Shown here: piece by piece, positions 48,201 to 63,250 of the stretch
Numbering within the stretch: the first letter of the stretch is position 1
How the letters are laid out: the number at the start of each line of letters is the position of its first letter
Assembly: GCA_964016885.1 (NCBI GenBank)
Contig: OZ024750.1
Coordinates: forward strand, 42,842,001 to 42,906,000
DNA: 64,000 nt
Direction: 5' to 3'
Source of the DNA: Eledone cirrhosa
Taxonomy: Eukaryota
Program-made: the position numbers and the translations under genes
Notes under the pieces: generated by a model
Databases searched by the model: none
The model's input: the letters and a program-made list of their open reading frames with translations, nothing else
Told to the model about the DNA's origin: nothing

Positions 48201-49199
48201 TGTCACCAACACAGTTGTCATCATCATTGTCATTGTCACCACCACAGTTATCATTGTCATTGTCACCACCACAGTTGTCATCATCATTGTCATTGTCACC
48301 ACCACAGTTGTCATCATCATTGTCACTGTCACCACCACAGTTGTCATCATCATTGTCTTTGTCACCACCACAGTTGTCATCATCATTGTCACTGTCACCA
48401 CCACAGTTGTCATCATCATTGTCTTTGTCACCAACACAGTTGTCATCATCATTGTCATTGTGACCAACACAGTTGTCATCATCATTGTCATTGTCACCAA
48501 CACAGTTGTCATCATCATTGTCATTGTCACCACCACAGTTATCATTGTCATTGTCACCACCACAGTTGTCATCATCATTGTCATTGTCACCACCACAGTT
48601 GTCACCATCATTGTCACTGTCACCACCACAGTTGTCATCATCATTGTCACTGTCACCACCACAGTTGTCATCATCATTGTCACTGTCACTACCACAGTTG
48701 TCATCATCATTGTCACTGTCACCACCACAGTTGTCATCATCATTGTCTTTGTCACCACCACAGTTGTCATCATCATTGTCACTGTCACCACCACAGTTGT
48801 CATCATCATTGTCTTTGTCACCAACACGGTTGTCATCATCATTGTCATTGTCACCAACACAGTTGTCATCACTGTTGTCATTGTCACCACCACAGTTGTC
48901 ATCATCATCGTCATTGTCACCACCACAGTTGTCATCATCATTGTCATTGTCACCACCACAGTTGTCATCATCATTGTCTTTGTCACCACCACAGTTGTCA
49001 TCATCATTGTCACTGTCACCACCACAGTTGTCATCATCATTGTCATTGTCACCAACACAGTTGTCAACATCATCGTCATTGTCACCACCACAGTTGTCAT
49101 CACTGTTGTCATTGTCACCACCACAGTTGTCATCATCATCGTCATTGTCACCACCACAGTTGTCATCATCATTGTCATTGTCACCACCACAGTTGTCAT

Positions 49200-50270
49200 C
49201 ATCATTGTCATTGTCACCACCACAGTTGTCATCATCATTGTCACAGTCACCACCACAGTTGTCATCATCATTGTCACTGTCACCACCACAGTTGTCATCA
49301 TCATTGTCATTGTCATCACCACAGTTGTCATCATCATTGTCATTGTCATCACCACAGTTGTCAACATCATTGTCACTGTCACTACCACAGTTGTCATCAT
49401 CATTGTCATTGTCACCACCACAGTTGTCATCATCATTGTCATTGTCACCACCACAGTTGTCATCATCATTGTCATTGTCACCACCACAGTTGTCATCATC
49501 ATTGTCTTTGTCACCAACACAGTTGTCATCATCATTGTAATTGTCACCAACACAGTTGTCAACATCATTGTCATTGTCACCACCACAGTTGTCAACATCA
49601 TCGTCATTGTCACCACCACAGTTGTCATCATCATTGTCATTGTCACCACCACAGTTGTCATCATCATTGTCATTGTCACCACCACAGTTGTCATCATCAT
49701 CTTCATTGTCACCACCACAGTTGTCATCATCATTGTCATTGTCACCACCACAGTTGTCATCATCATTGTCACAGTCACCACCACAGTTGTCATCATCATT
49801 GTCACTGTCACCACCACAGTTGTCATCATCATTGTCATTGTCATCACCACAGTTGTCATCATCATTGTCATTGTCATCACCACAGTTGTCAACATCATTG
49901 TCACTGTCACTACCACAGTTGTCATCATCATTGTCATTGTCACCACCACAGTTGTCATCATCATTGTCATTGTCACCACCACAGTTGTCATCATCATTGT
50001 CATTGTCACCACCACAGTTGTCATCATCATTGTCTTTGTCACCAACACAGTTGTCATCATCATTGTCATTGTCACCAACACAGTTGTCAACATCATTGTC
50101 ATTGTCACCACCACAGTTGTCAACATCATCGTCATTGTCACCACCACAGTTGTCATCATCATTGTCATTGTCACCACCACAGTTGTCATCATCATTGTCA
50201 TTGTCACCACCACAGTTGTCATCATCATCTTCATTGTCACCACCACAGTTGTCATCATCATTGTCATTGT
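49200..50270. repeat. Tandem duplication of 528 bp (16 monomers)
   Basis: TCACAGTCAC (49241/49769) and CATCTTCATT (49701/50229) share offset 528. Confidence 0.87.
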
Positions 50271-51199
50271 CACCACCACAGTTATCATTGTCATTGTCAC
50301 CACCACAGTTGTCATCATCATTGTCATTGTCACCACCACAGTTGTCAACATCATCGTCATTGTCACCACCACAGTTGTCATCATCATTGTCATTGTCACC
50401 ACCACAGTTATCATTGTCATTGTCACCACCACAGTTGTCATCATCATCGTCATTGTCACCACCACAGTTGTCATCATCATTGTCACTGTCACCACCACAG
50501 CTGTCATCATCATTGTTATTGTCACCACCACAGTTGTCATCATCATTGTCATTGTCACCACCACAGTTGTCATCATCATTGTCACTGTCACCACCACAGT
50601 TGTCATCATCATTGTCATTGTCATCATCACAGTTGTCATCATCATTGTCATTGTCACCACCACAGTTGTCATCATCATTGTCATTGTCACCACCACAGTT
50701 GTCATCATCATTGTCATTGTCACCAACACAGTTGTCATCATCATTGTCATTGTCACCAACACAGTTGTCATCATCATTGTCATTGTCACCAACACAGTTG
50801 TCATCATCATTGTCATTGTCACCACCACAGTTGTCACCACCACAATTGTCATCATCATCGTCATTGTCACCACCACAGTTGTCATCATCATTGTCATTGT
50901 CACCACCACAGTTGTCATCATCATTGTCACTGTCATCACCACAGTTGTCATCATCATTGTCATCGTCTCCACCACAGTTGTCACCACCACAGTTGTCATC
51001 ATCATTGTCATTGTCACCACCACAGTTGTCACCACCACAGTTGTCATCATCATCGTCATTGTCACCACCACAGTTGTCACCATCATTGTCATTGTCACCA
51101 CCACAGTTGTCATCATCATTGTCATTGTCACCACCACAGTTGTCATCATCATTGTCATTGTCACCACCACAGTTGTCATCATCATTGTCACTGTCACCA

Positions 51200-54100
51200 C
51201 CACAGTTGTCATCATCATTGTCATTGTCACCACCACAGTTGTCATCATCAATGTCATTGTCACCACCACAGTTGTCATCATCATTGTCACTGTCACCACC
51301 ACAGTTGTCATCATCATTGTCATTGTCACCACCACAGTTGTCATCATCATTGTCATTGTCACCACCACAGTTGTCATCATCATTGTCACTGTCACCACCA
51401 CAGTTGTCATCATCATCGTCATTGTCACCACCACAGTTGTCACCCCCACAGTTGTCATTGTCACCAACACAGTTGTCATCATCATTGTCACTGTCACCAC
51501 CACAGTTGTCATCATCATTGTCACTGTCACCACCACAGTTGTCATCATCATTGTCATTGTCACCACCACAGTTGTCATCATCATTGTCACTGTCACCACC
51601 ACAGTTGTCATCATCAATGTCATTGTCACCACCACAGTTGTCACCATCATTGTCATTGTCACCACCACAGTTGTCATCATCATTGTCACTGTCACCATCA
51701 CAGTTGTCATCATCATTGTCTTTGTCACCACCACAGTTGTCACCATCATTGTCATTGTCATCACCACAGTTGTCATCATCATTGTCACTGTCACCACCAC
51801 AGTTGTCATCATCATTGTCTTTGTCCCCAACACAGTTGTCATCATCATTGTCATTGTCACCAACACAGTTGTCATCATCATTGTCATTGTCACCAACACA
51901 GTTGTCATCATCATTGTCATTGTCACCACCACAGTAATCATTGTCATTGTCACCACCACAGTTGTCATCATCATTGTCATTGTCACCACCACAGTTGTCA
52001 TCATCATTGTCACTGTCACCACCACAGTTGTCATCATCATTGTCTTTGTCACCACCACAGTTGTCATCATCATTGTCACTGTCACCACCACAGTTGTCAT
52101 CATCATTGTCTTTGTCACCAACACAGTTGTCATCATCATTGTCATTGTCACCAACACAGTTGTCATCATCATTGTCATTGTCACCAACACAGTTGTCATC
52201 ATCATTGTCATTGTCACCACCACAGTTGTCATCATCATTGTCATTGTCACCACCACAGTTGTCACCATCATTGTCACTGTCACCACCACAGTTGTCATCA
52301 TCATTGTCACTGTCACCACCACACTTGTCATCATCATTGTCACTGTCACCACCACAGTTGTCATCATCATTGTCTTTGTCACCACCACAGTTGTCATCAT
52401 CATTGTCACTGTCACCACCACAGTTGTCATCATCATTGTCTTTGTCACCAACACAGTTGTCATCATCATTGTCACTGTCACCACCACAGTTGTCATCATC
52501 ATTGTCACTGTCACCACCACAGTTGTCATCATCATCGTCATTGTCACCACCACAGTTGTCATCATCATTGTAATTGTCACCACCACAGTTGTCATCATCA
52601 TCGTCACTGTCACCAACACAGTTGTCATCATCATTGTCATTGTCACCACCACAGTTGTCATCATCATTGTCATTGTCACCACCACAGTTGTCACCATCAT
52701 TGTCACTGTCACCACCACAGTTGTCATCATCATTGTCATTGTCACCACCACAGTTGTCATCATCATTGTCATTGTCACTACCACAGTTGTCATCATCATT
52801 GTCACTGTCACCAACACAGTTGTCATCATCATTGTCACTGTCACCAACACAGTTGTCATCATCATTGTCACTGTCACCAACACAGTTGTCATCATCATTG
52901 TCACTGTCACCAACACAGTTGTCATCATCATTGTCATTGTCACCACCACAGTTGTCATCATCATTGTCATTGTCACCACCACAGTTGTCATCATCATTGT
53001 CACTGTCACCACCACAGTTGTCATCATCATTGTCACTGTCACCACCACAGTTGTCATCATCATTGTCACTGTCACCACCACAGTTGTCATCATCATTGTC
53101 ATTGTCACCACCACAGTTGTCATCATCATTGTAATTGTCACCACCACAGTTGTCATCATCATTGTCACTGTCACCACCACAGTTGTCATCATCATTGTCA
53201 CTGTCACCACCACAGTTGTCATCATCATCGTCATTGTCACCACCACAGTTGTCATCATCATTGTAATTGTCACCACCACAGTTGTCATCATCATCGTCAT
53301 TGTCACCACCACAGTTGTCATCATCATTGTCATTGTCATCACCACAATTGTCACCATCATTGTCACTGTCATCACCACAGTCGTCACCACCACAGTTGTC
53401 ATCATCTTCGTCATTGTCACCATCACAGTTGTCATCATCATTGTCACTGTCACCACCACACTTGTCATCATCATTGTCATTGTCACCACCACAGTTGTCA
53501 TCATCATTGTCACTGTCACCACCACAGTTGTCATCATCATTGTCATTGTCACCACCACAGTTGTCATCATCAATGTCATTGTCACCACCACAGTTGTCAT
53601 CATCATTGTCACTGTCACCACCACAGTTGTGATCATCATTGTCACTGTCACCACCACAGTTGTCATCATCATCGTCATTGTCACCACCACAGTTGTCACC
53701 CCCACAGTTGTCATTGTCACCAACACAGTTGTCATCATCATTGTCACTGTCACCACCACAGTTGTCATCATCATTGTCACTGTCACCACCACAGTTGTCA
53801 TCATCATTGTCATTGTCACCACCACAGTTGTCATCATCATTGTCACTGTCACCACCACAGTTGTCATCATCAAAGTCATTGTCACCACCACAGTTGTCAC
53901 CATCATTGTCATTGTCACCACCACAGTTGTCATCATCATTGTCACTGTCATCATCACAGTTGTCATCATCATTGTCTTTGTCACCACCACAGTTGTCACC
54001 ATCATTGTCATTGTCATCACCACAGTTGTCATCATCATTGTCACTGTCACCACCACAGTTGTCATCATCATTGTCTTTGTCCCCAACACAGTTGTCATCA

Positions 54101-56000
54101 TCATTGTCATTGTCACCAACACATTTGTCATCATCATTGTCATTGTCACCAACACAGTTGTCATCATCATTGTCATTGTCACCACCACAGTAATCATTGT
54201 CATTGACACCACCACAGTTGTCATCATCATTGTCATTGTCACCACCACAGTTGTCATCATCATTGTCACTGTCACCACCACAGTTGTCATCATCATTGTC
54301 TTTGTCACCACCACAGTTGTCATCATCATTGTCACTGTCACCACCACAGTTGTCATCATCATTGTCTTTGTCACCAATACAGTTGTCATCATCATTGTCA
54401 TTGTCACCAACACAGTTGTCATCATCATTGTCATTGTCACCAACACAGTTGTCATCATCATTGTCATTGTCACCACCACAGTTATCATTGTCATTGTCAC
54501 CACCACAGTTGTCATCATCATTGTCATTGTCACCACCACAGTTGTCACCATCATTGTCACTGTCACCACCACAGTTGTCATCATCATTGACACTGTCACC
54601 ACCACACTTGTCATCATCATTGTCACTGTCACCACCACAGTTGTCATCATCATTGTCACTGTCACCACCACAGTTGTCATCATCATTGTCTTTGTCACCA
54701 CCACAGTTGTCATCATCATTGTCACTGTCACCACCACAGTTGTCATCATCATTGTCTTTGTCACCAACACAGTTGTCATCATCATTGTCACTGTCACCAC
54801 CACAGTTGTCATCATCATTGTCACTGTCACCACCACAGTTGTCATCATCATCGTCATTGTCACCATAACAGTTATCATCATCATTGTAATTGTCACCACC
54901 ACAGTTGTCATCATCATCGTCACTGTCACCAACACAGTTATCATTGTCATTGTCACCACCACAGTTGTCATCATCATTGTCATTGTCATCACCACAGTTG
55001 TCATCATCATTGTCACTGTCACCACCACAGTTGTCATCATCATTGTCATTGTCACCACCACAGTTGTCATCATCATCGTCATTGCCACCACCACAGTTGT
55101 CACCATCATTGTCACTGTCACCACCACAGTTGTCATCATCATTGTCATTGTCACCACCACAGTTGTCATCATCATTGTCATTGTCACCACCACAGTTGTC
55201 ACCATCATTGTCACTGTCACCACCACAGTTGTCATCATCATTGTCATTGTCACCACCACAGTTGTCATCATCATTGTCATTGTCACTACCACAGTTGTCA
55301 TCATCATTGTCACTGTCACCAACACAGTTGTCATCATCATTGTCACTGTCACCAACACAGTTGTCATCATCATTGTCACTGTCACCAACACAGTTGTCAT
55401 CATCATTGTCATTGTCACCACCACAGTTGTCATCATCATTGTCATTGTCACCACCACAGTTGTCATAATCATTGTCACTGTCACCAACACAGTTGTCATC
55501 ATCATTGTCACTGTCACCAACACAGTTGTCATCATCATTGTCACTGTCACCACCACAGTTGTCATCATCATTGTCACTGTCACCACCACAGTTGTCATCA
55601 TCATTGTCACTGTCACCACCACAGTTGTCATCATCATTGTCATTGTCACCACCACAGTTGTCATCATCATTGTAATTGTCACCACCACAGTTGTCATCAT
55701 CATTGTCACTGTCACCACCACAGTTGTCATCATCATTGTCACTGTCACCACCACAGTTGTCATCATCATCGTCATTGTCACCACCACTGTTGTCATCATC
55801 ATTGTAATTGTCACCACCACAGTTGTCATCATCATCGTCATTGTCACCACCACAGTTGTCATCATCATTGTCATTGTCATCACCACAGTTGTCACCATCA
55901 TTGTCACTGTCATCACCACAGTCGTCACCACCACAGTTGTCATCATCATCGTCATTGTCACCATCACAGTTGTCATCATCATTGTCACTGTCACCACCAC
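51200..56000. repeat. Tandem duplication, period about 2.26-2.54 kb
   Basis: CCCCC (51443/53699), GTCCCC (51825/54081) and the CAGTAA stops (51937/54193) share offset 2256. Later stops at 53134/55675 have offset 2541. Confidence 0.85.
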
Positions 56001-58599
56001 AGTTGTCATCATCATTGTCATTGTCACCACCACAGTTGTCATCATCATTGTAATTGTCACCACCACAGTTGTCATCATCATCGTCACTGTCACCAACACA
56101 ATTGTCATCACTGTTGTCATTGTCACCACCACAGTTGTCATCATCATTGTCATTGTCACCACCACAGTTGTCATCATCATTGTCACTGTCACCACCACAG
56201 TTGTCATCATCATTGTCACTGTCACCACCACAGTTGTCATCATCATTGTCACTGTCACCACCACAGTTGTCATCATCATTGTCATTGTCACCAACACAGT
56301 TGTCATCATCATTGTCACTGTCACCAACACAGTTGTCATCATCATTGTCATTGTCACCACCACAGTTGTCATTATCATCGTCATTGTCACCACCACAGTT
56401 GTCACCATCATTGTCATTGTCACCACCACAGTTGTCATCATCATCGTCATTGTCACCACCACAGTTATCATCATCATTGTCATTGCCACCACCACAGTTG
56501 TCACCACCACAGTTGTCATCACTTTTGTCATTGTCACCACCACAGATGTCATCATCATTGTCACTGTCACCACCACAGTTGTCATCACTGTTGTCATTGT
56601 CACCAACACAGTTGTCATCATCATTGTCATTGTCACCACCACAGTTGTCATCATCATCGTCATTGTCACCACCACAGTTGTCATCATCATTGTCACTGTC
56701 ACCAACACAGTTGTCATCATCATTGTCTTTGTCACCACCACAGTTGTCACCATCATTGTCATTGTCATCACCACAGTTGTCATCATCATTGTCACTGTCA
56801 CCACCACAGTTGTCATCATCATTGTCTTTGTCACCAACACAGTTGTCATCATCATTGTCATTGTCACCAACACAGTTGTCATCATCATTGTCATTGTCAC
56901 CAACACAGTTGTCATCATCATTGTCATTGTCACCACCACAGTTATCATTGTCATTGTCAGCACCACAGTTGTCATCATCATTGTCACTGTCACCAACACA
57001 GTTGTCATCATCATTGTCTTTGTCACCACCACAGTTGTCACCATCATTGTCATTGTCATCACCACAGTTGTCATCATCATTGTCACTGTCACCACCACAG
57101 TTGTCATCATCATTGTCTTTGTCACCAACACAGTTGTCATCATCATTGTCATTGTCACCAACACGGTTGTCATCATCATTGTCATTGTCACCAACACAGT
57201 TGTCATCATCATTGTCATTGTCACCACCACAGTTATCATTGTCATTGTCACCACCACAGTTGTCATCATCATTGTCATTGTCACCACCACAGTTGTCACC
57301 ATCATTGTCACTGTCACCACCACAGTTGTCATCATCATTGTCACTGTCACCACCACAGTTGTCATCATCATTGTCACTGTCACCACCACAGTTGTCATCA
57401 TCATTGTCACTGTCACCACCACAGTTGTCATCATCATTGTCTTTGTCACCACCACAGTTGTCATCATCATTGTCACTGTCACCACCACAGTTGTCATAAT
57501 CATTGTCTTTGTCACCAACACAGTTGTCATCATCATTGTCATTGTCACCAACACAGTTGTCATCATCATTGTCATTGTCACCAACACAGTTGTCATCATC
57601 ATTGTCATTGTCACCACCACAGTTATCATTGTCATTGTCACCACCACAGTTGTCATCATCATTGTCATTGTCACCACCACAGTTGTCATCATCATCGTCA
57701 TTGTCACCACCACAGTTGTCATCATCATTGTCATTGTCACCACCACAGTTGTCATCATCATTGTCTTTGTCACCACCACAGTTGTCATCATCATTGTCAC
57801 TGTCACCACCACAGTTGTCATCATCATTGTCATTGTCACCACCACAATTGTCATCATCATCGTCATTGTCACCACCACAGTTGTCATCATCATTGTCATT
57901 ATCACCACCACAGTTGTCATCATCATTGTCACTGTCACCACCACAGTTGTCATCATCATTGTCACTGTCACCACCACAGTTGTCATCATCATTGTCATTG
58001 TCACCACCACAATTGTCATCATCATTGTCATTGTCACCACCACAGTTGTCATCATCATTGTCATTATCACCACCACAGTTGTCATCATCATTGTCTTTGT
58101 CACCACCACAGTTGTCATCATCATTGTCATTGTCACCACCACAGTTGTCATCATTATTGTCACTGTCACTACCACAGTTGTCATCATCATTGTCTTTGTC
58201 ACCACCACAGTTGTCATCATCATTGTCTTTGTCACCACCACAGTTGTCATCATCATTGTCTTTGTCACCACCACAGTTGTCATCATCATTGTCATTGTCA
58301 CCACCACAGTTGTCATCATTATTGTCACTGTCACCACCACAGTTGTCATCCTCATTGCCTTTGTCACCCCCACAGTTGTCATCATCATTGTCTTTGTCAC
58401 CACCACAGTTGTCATCATCATTGTCATTGTCACCACCACAGTTGTCATCATCATTGTCACTGTCACCAACACAGTTGTCATCATCATTGTCTTTGTCACC
58501 ACCACAGTTGTCACCATCATTGTCATTGTCATCACCACAGTTGTCATCATCATTGTCATTGTCATCACCACAGTTGTCAACATCATTGTCATTGTCACC

Positions 58600-61500
58600 A
58601 CCACAGTTGTCATCATCATCGTCATTGTCACCACCACAGTCGTCATCATCATTGTCATTGTCATCACCACAGTTGTCATCATCACCGTCATTGTCACCAC
58701 CACAGTTGTCATCATCATTGTCATTGTCATCACCACAGTTGTCATCATCATTGTCATTGTCATCACCACAGTTGTCATCATCATTGTCATTGTCATCACC
58801 ACAGTTGTCAACATCATTGTCATTGTCACCACCACAGTTGTCAACATCATCGTCATTGTCACCACCACAGTTGTCATCACTGTTGTCATTGTCACCACCA
58901 CAGTTGTCATCATCATTGTCACTGTCACCACCACAGTTGTCATCATCATTGTCATTGTCACCAACACAGTTGTCATCATCATTGTCATTGTCACCACCAC
59001 AGTTGTCATCATCATCGTCATTGTCACCACCACAGTTGTCATCATCATTGTCATTGTCACCACCACAGTTGTCATCATCATTGTCATTGTCACCACCACA
59101 GTTGTCATCATCATTGTCACTGTCATCACCACAGTTGTCATCATCATTGTCACTGTCACCACCACAGTTGTCACCACCACAGTTGTCATCATCATTGTCA
59201 TTGTCACCACCACAGTTGTCACCACCACAGTTGTCATCATCATCGTCATTGTCACCACCACAGTTGTCACCACCACAATTGTCATCATCATCGTCATTGT
59301 CACCACCACAGTTGTCATCATCATTGTCATTGTCACCACCACAGTTGTCATCATCATTGTCACTGTCATCACCACAGTTGTCATCATCATTGTCATCGTC
59401 ACCACCACAGTTGTCACCACCACAGTTGTCATCATCATTGTCATTGTCACCACCACAGTTGTCACCACCACAGTTGTCATCATCATCGTCATTGTCACCA
59501 CCACAGTTGTCATCATCATTGTCATTGTCACCACCACAGTTGTCATCATCATTGTCATTGTCACCACCACAGTTGTCATCATCATTGTCACTGTCACCAC
59601 CACAGTTGTCATCATCATTGTCATTGTCACCACCACAGTTGTCATCATCAATGTCATTGTCACCACCACAGTTGTCATCATCATTGTCACTGTCACCACC
59701 ACGGTTGTCATCATCATTGTCACTGTCACCACCACAGTTGTCATCATCATTGTCATTGTCACCACCACAGTTGTCATCATCATTGTCATTGTCACCACCA
59801 CAGTTGTCATCATCATTGTCACTGTCACCACCACAGTTGTCATCATCATCGTCATTGTCACCACCACAGTTGTCATCATCATTGTAATTGTCACCACCAC
59901 AGTTGTCATCATCATCGTCATTGTCACCACCACAGTTGTCATCATCATTGTCATTGTCATCACCACAGTTGTCACCATCATTGTCACTGTCATCACCACA
60001 GTTGTCACCACCACAGTTGTCATCATCATCGTCATTGTCACCATCACAGTTGTCATCATCATTGTCACTGTCACCACCACAGTTGTCATCATCATTGTCA
60101 TTGTCACCACCACAGTTGTCATCATCATTGTAATTGTCACCACCACAGTTGTCCTCATCATCGTCACTGTCACCAACACAGTTGTCATCACTGTTGTCAT
60201 TGTCACCACCACAGTTGTCATCATCATTGTCATTGTCACCACCACAGTTGTCATCATCATTGTCACTGTCACCACCACAGTTGTCATCATCATTGTCACT
60301 GTCACCACCACAGTTGTCATCATCATTGTCATTGTCACCAACGCAGTTGTCACCATCATTGTCATTGTCACCACCACAGTTGTCATTATCATCGTCATTG
60401 TCACCACCACAGTTGTCACCATCATTGTCATTGTCACCACCACAGTTGTCATCATCATCGTCATTGTCACCACCACAGTTATCATCATCATTGTCATTGT
60501 CACCACGACAGTTGTCACCACCACAGTTGTCATCACTTTTGTCATTGTCACCACCACAGTTGTCATCATCATTGTCATGGTCATCACCACAGTTGTCATC
60601 ATCATCGTCATTGTCACCACCACAGTTATCATCATCATTGTCATTGTCACCACCACAGTTGTCATCATCATTGTCATTGTCATCACCACAGTTGTCATCA
60701 TCATCGTCATTGTCACCACCACAGTTATCATCATCATTGTCATTGTCACCACGACAGTTGTCACCACCACAGTTGTCATCACTTTTGTCATTGTCACCAC
60801 CACAGTTGTCATCATCATTGTCATTGTCATCACCACAGTTGTCATCATCATTGTCATTGTCACCACCACAGTTGTCATCATCATTGTCATTGTCACCAAC
60901 ACGGTTGTCATCATCATTGTCATTGTCACCACCACAGTTGTCATCATCATCGTCATTGTCACCACCACAGTTGTCATCATCATTGTCATTGTCACCATCA
61001 CAGTTGTCATCATCATTGTCTTTGTCACCACCACAGTTGTCATCATCATCGTCATTGTCACCACCACAGTCGTCATCATCATTGTCATTGTCATCACCAC
61101 AGTTGTCATCATCACCGTCATTGTCACCACCACAGTTGTCATCATCATTGTCATTGTCATCAGCACAGTTGTCATCATCATTGTCATTGTCATCACCACA
61201 GTTGTCATCATCATTGTCATCACCACAGTTGTCAACATCATTGTCATTGTCACCACCACAGTTGTCAACATCATCGTCATTGTCACCACCACAGTTGTCA
61301 TCACTGTTGTCATTGTCACCACCACAGTTGTCATCATCATTGTCACTGTCACCACCACAGTTGTCATCATCATTGTCATTGTCACCAACACAGTTGTCAT
61401 CATCATTGTCATTGTCACCACCACAGTTGTCATCATCATCGTCATTGTCACCACCACAGTTGTCATCATCATTGTCATTGTCACCACCACAGTTGTCATC

Positions 61501-63250
61501 ATCATTGTCATTGTCACCACCACAGTTGTCATCATCATTGTCACTGTCATCACCACAGTTGTCATCATCATTGTCATCGTCACCACCACAGTTGTCACCA
61601 CCACAGTTGTCATCATCATTGTCATTGTCACCACCACAGTTGTCACCACCACAGTTGTCATCATCATCGTCATTGTCACCACCACAGTTGTCATCATCAT
61701 TGTCATTGTCACCACCACAGTTGTCATCATCATTGTCATTGTCACCACCACAGTTGTCATCATCATTGTCACTGTCACCACCACAGTTGTCATCATCATT
61801 GTCATTGTCACCACCACAGTTGTCATCATCAATGTCATTGTCACCACCACAGTTGTCATCATCATTGTCACTGTCACCACCACGGTTGTCATCATCATTG
61901 TCACTGTCACCACCACAGTTGTCATCATCATTGTCATTGTCACCACCACAGTTGTCATCATCATTGTCATTGTCACCACCACAGTTGTCATCATCATTGT
62001 CACTGTCACCACCACAGTTGTCATCATCATCGTCATTGTCACCACCACAGTTGTCATCATCATTGTAATTGTCACCACCACAGTTGTCATCATCATCGTC
62101 ATTGTCACCACCACAGTTGTCATCATCATTGTCATTGTCATCACCACAGTTGTCACCATCATTGTCACTGTCATCACCACAGTTGTCACCACCACAGTTG
62201 TCATCATCATCGTCATTGTCACCATCACAGTTGTCATCATCATTGTCACTGTCACCACCACAGTTGTCATCATCATTGTCATTGTCACCACCACAGTTGT
62301 CATCATCATTGTAATTGTCACCACCACAGTTGTCCTCATCATCGTCACTGTCACCAACACAGTTGTCATCACTGTTATTCATTGTCACCACCACAGTTGT
62401 CATCATCATTGTCATTGTCACCACCACAGTTGTCATCATCATTGTCACTGTCACCACCACAGTTGTCATCATCATTGTCACTGTCACCACCACAGTTGTC
62501 ATCATCATTGTCACTGTCACCACCACAGTTGTCATCATCATTGTCATTGTCACCAACACAGTTGTCACCATCATTGTCATTGTCACCACCACAGTTGTCA
62601 TTATCATTGTCATTGTCACCACCACAGTTGTCACCATCATTGTCATTGTCACCACCACAGTTGTCATCATCATCGTCATTGTCACCACCACAGTTATCAT
62701 CATCATTGTCATTGTCACCACGACAGTTGTCACCACCACAGTTGTCATCACTTTTGTCATTGTCACCACCACAGTTGTCATCATCATTGTCATTGTCATC
62801 ACCACAGTTGTCATCATCATCGTCATTGTCACCACCACAGTTATCATCATCATTGTCATTGTCACCACCACAGTTGTCATCATCATTGTCATTGTCATCA
62901 CCACAGTTGTCATCATCATCGTCATTGTCACCACCACAGTTATCATCATCATTGTCATTGTCACCACGACAGTTGTCACCACCACAGTTGTCATCACTTT
63001 TGTCATTGTCACCACCACAGTTGTCATCATCATTGTCATTGTCATCACCACAGTTGTCATCATCATTGTCATTGTCACCACCACAGTTGTCATCATCATT
63101 GTCATTGTCACCAACACGGTTGTCATCATCATTGTCATTGTCACCACCACAGTTGTCATCATCATCGTCATTGTCACCACCACAGTTGTCATCATCATTG
63201 TCATTGTCACCATCACAGTTGTCATCATCATTGTCTTTGTCACCACCACA
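58600..63250. repeat. Tandem duplication, period about 2.2-2.4 kb
   Basis: CAGTCGTC (58641/61071) has offset 2430. Stops at 59887/62068 and 60133/62314 have offset 2181. CACGAC (60507/62722) has offset 2215. Confidence 0.87.

Noticed and set aside
23655-62372. 12,905-aa minus-strand Met/Thr/Val ORF
   Set aside because: ATG, ACA, ACT and GTG are not one step from a stop. The composition is implausible, the reading switches at 43203 and 37561, and there is no unique domain.
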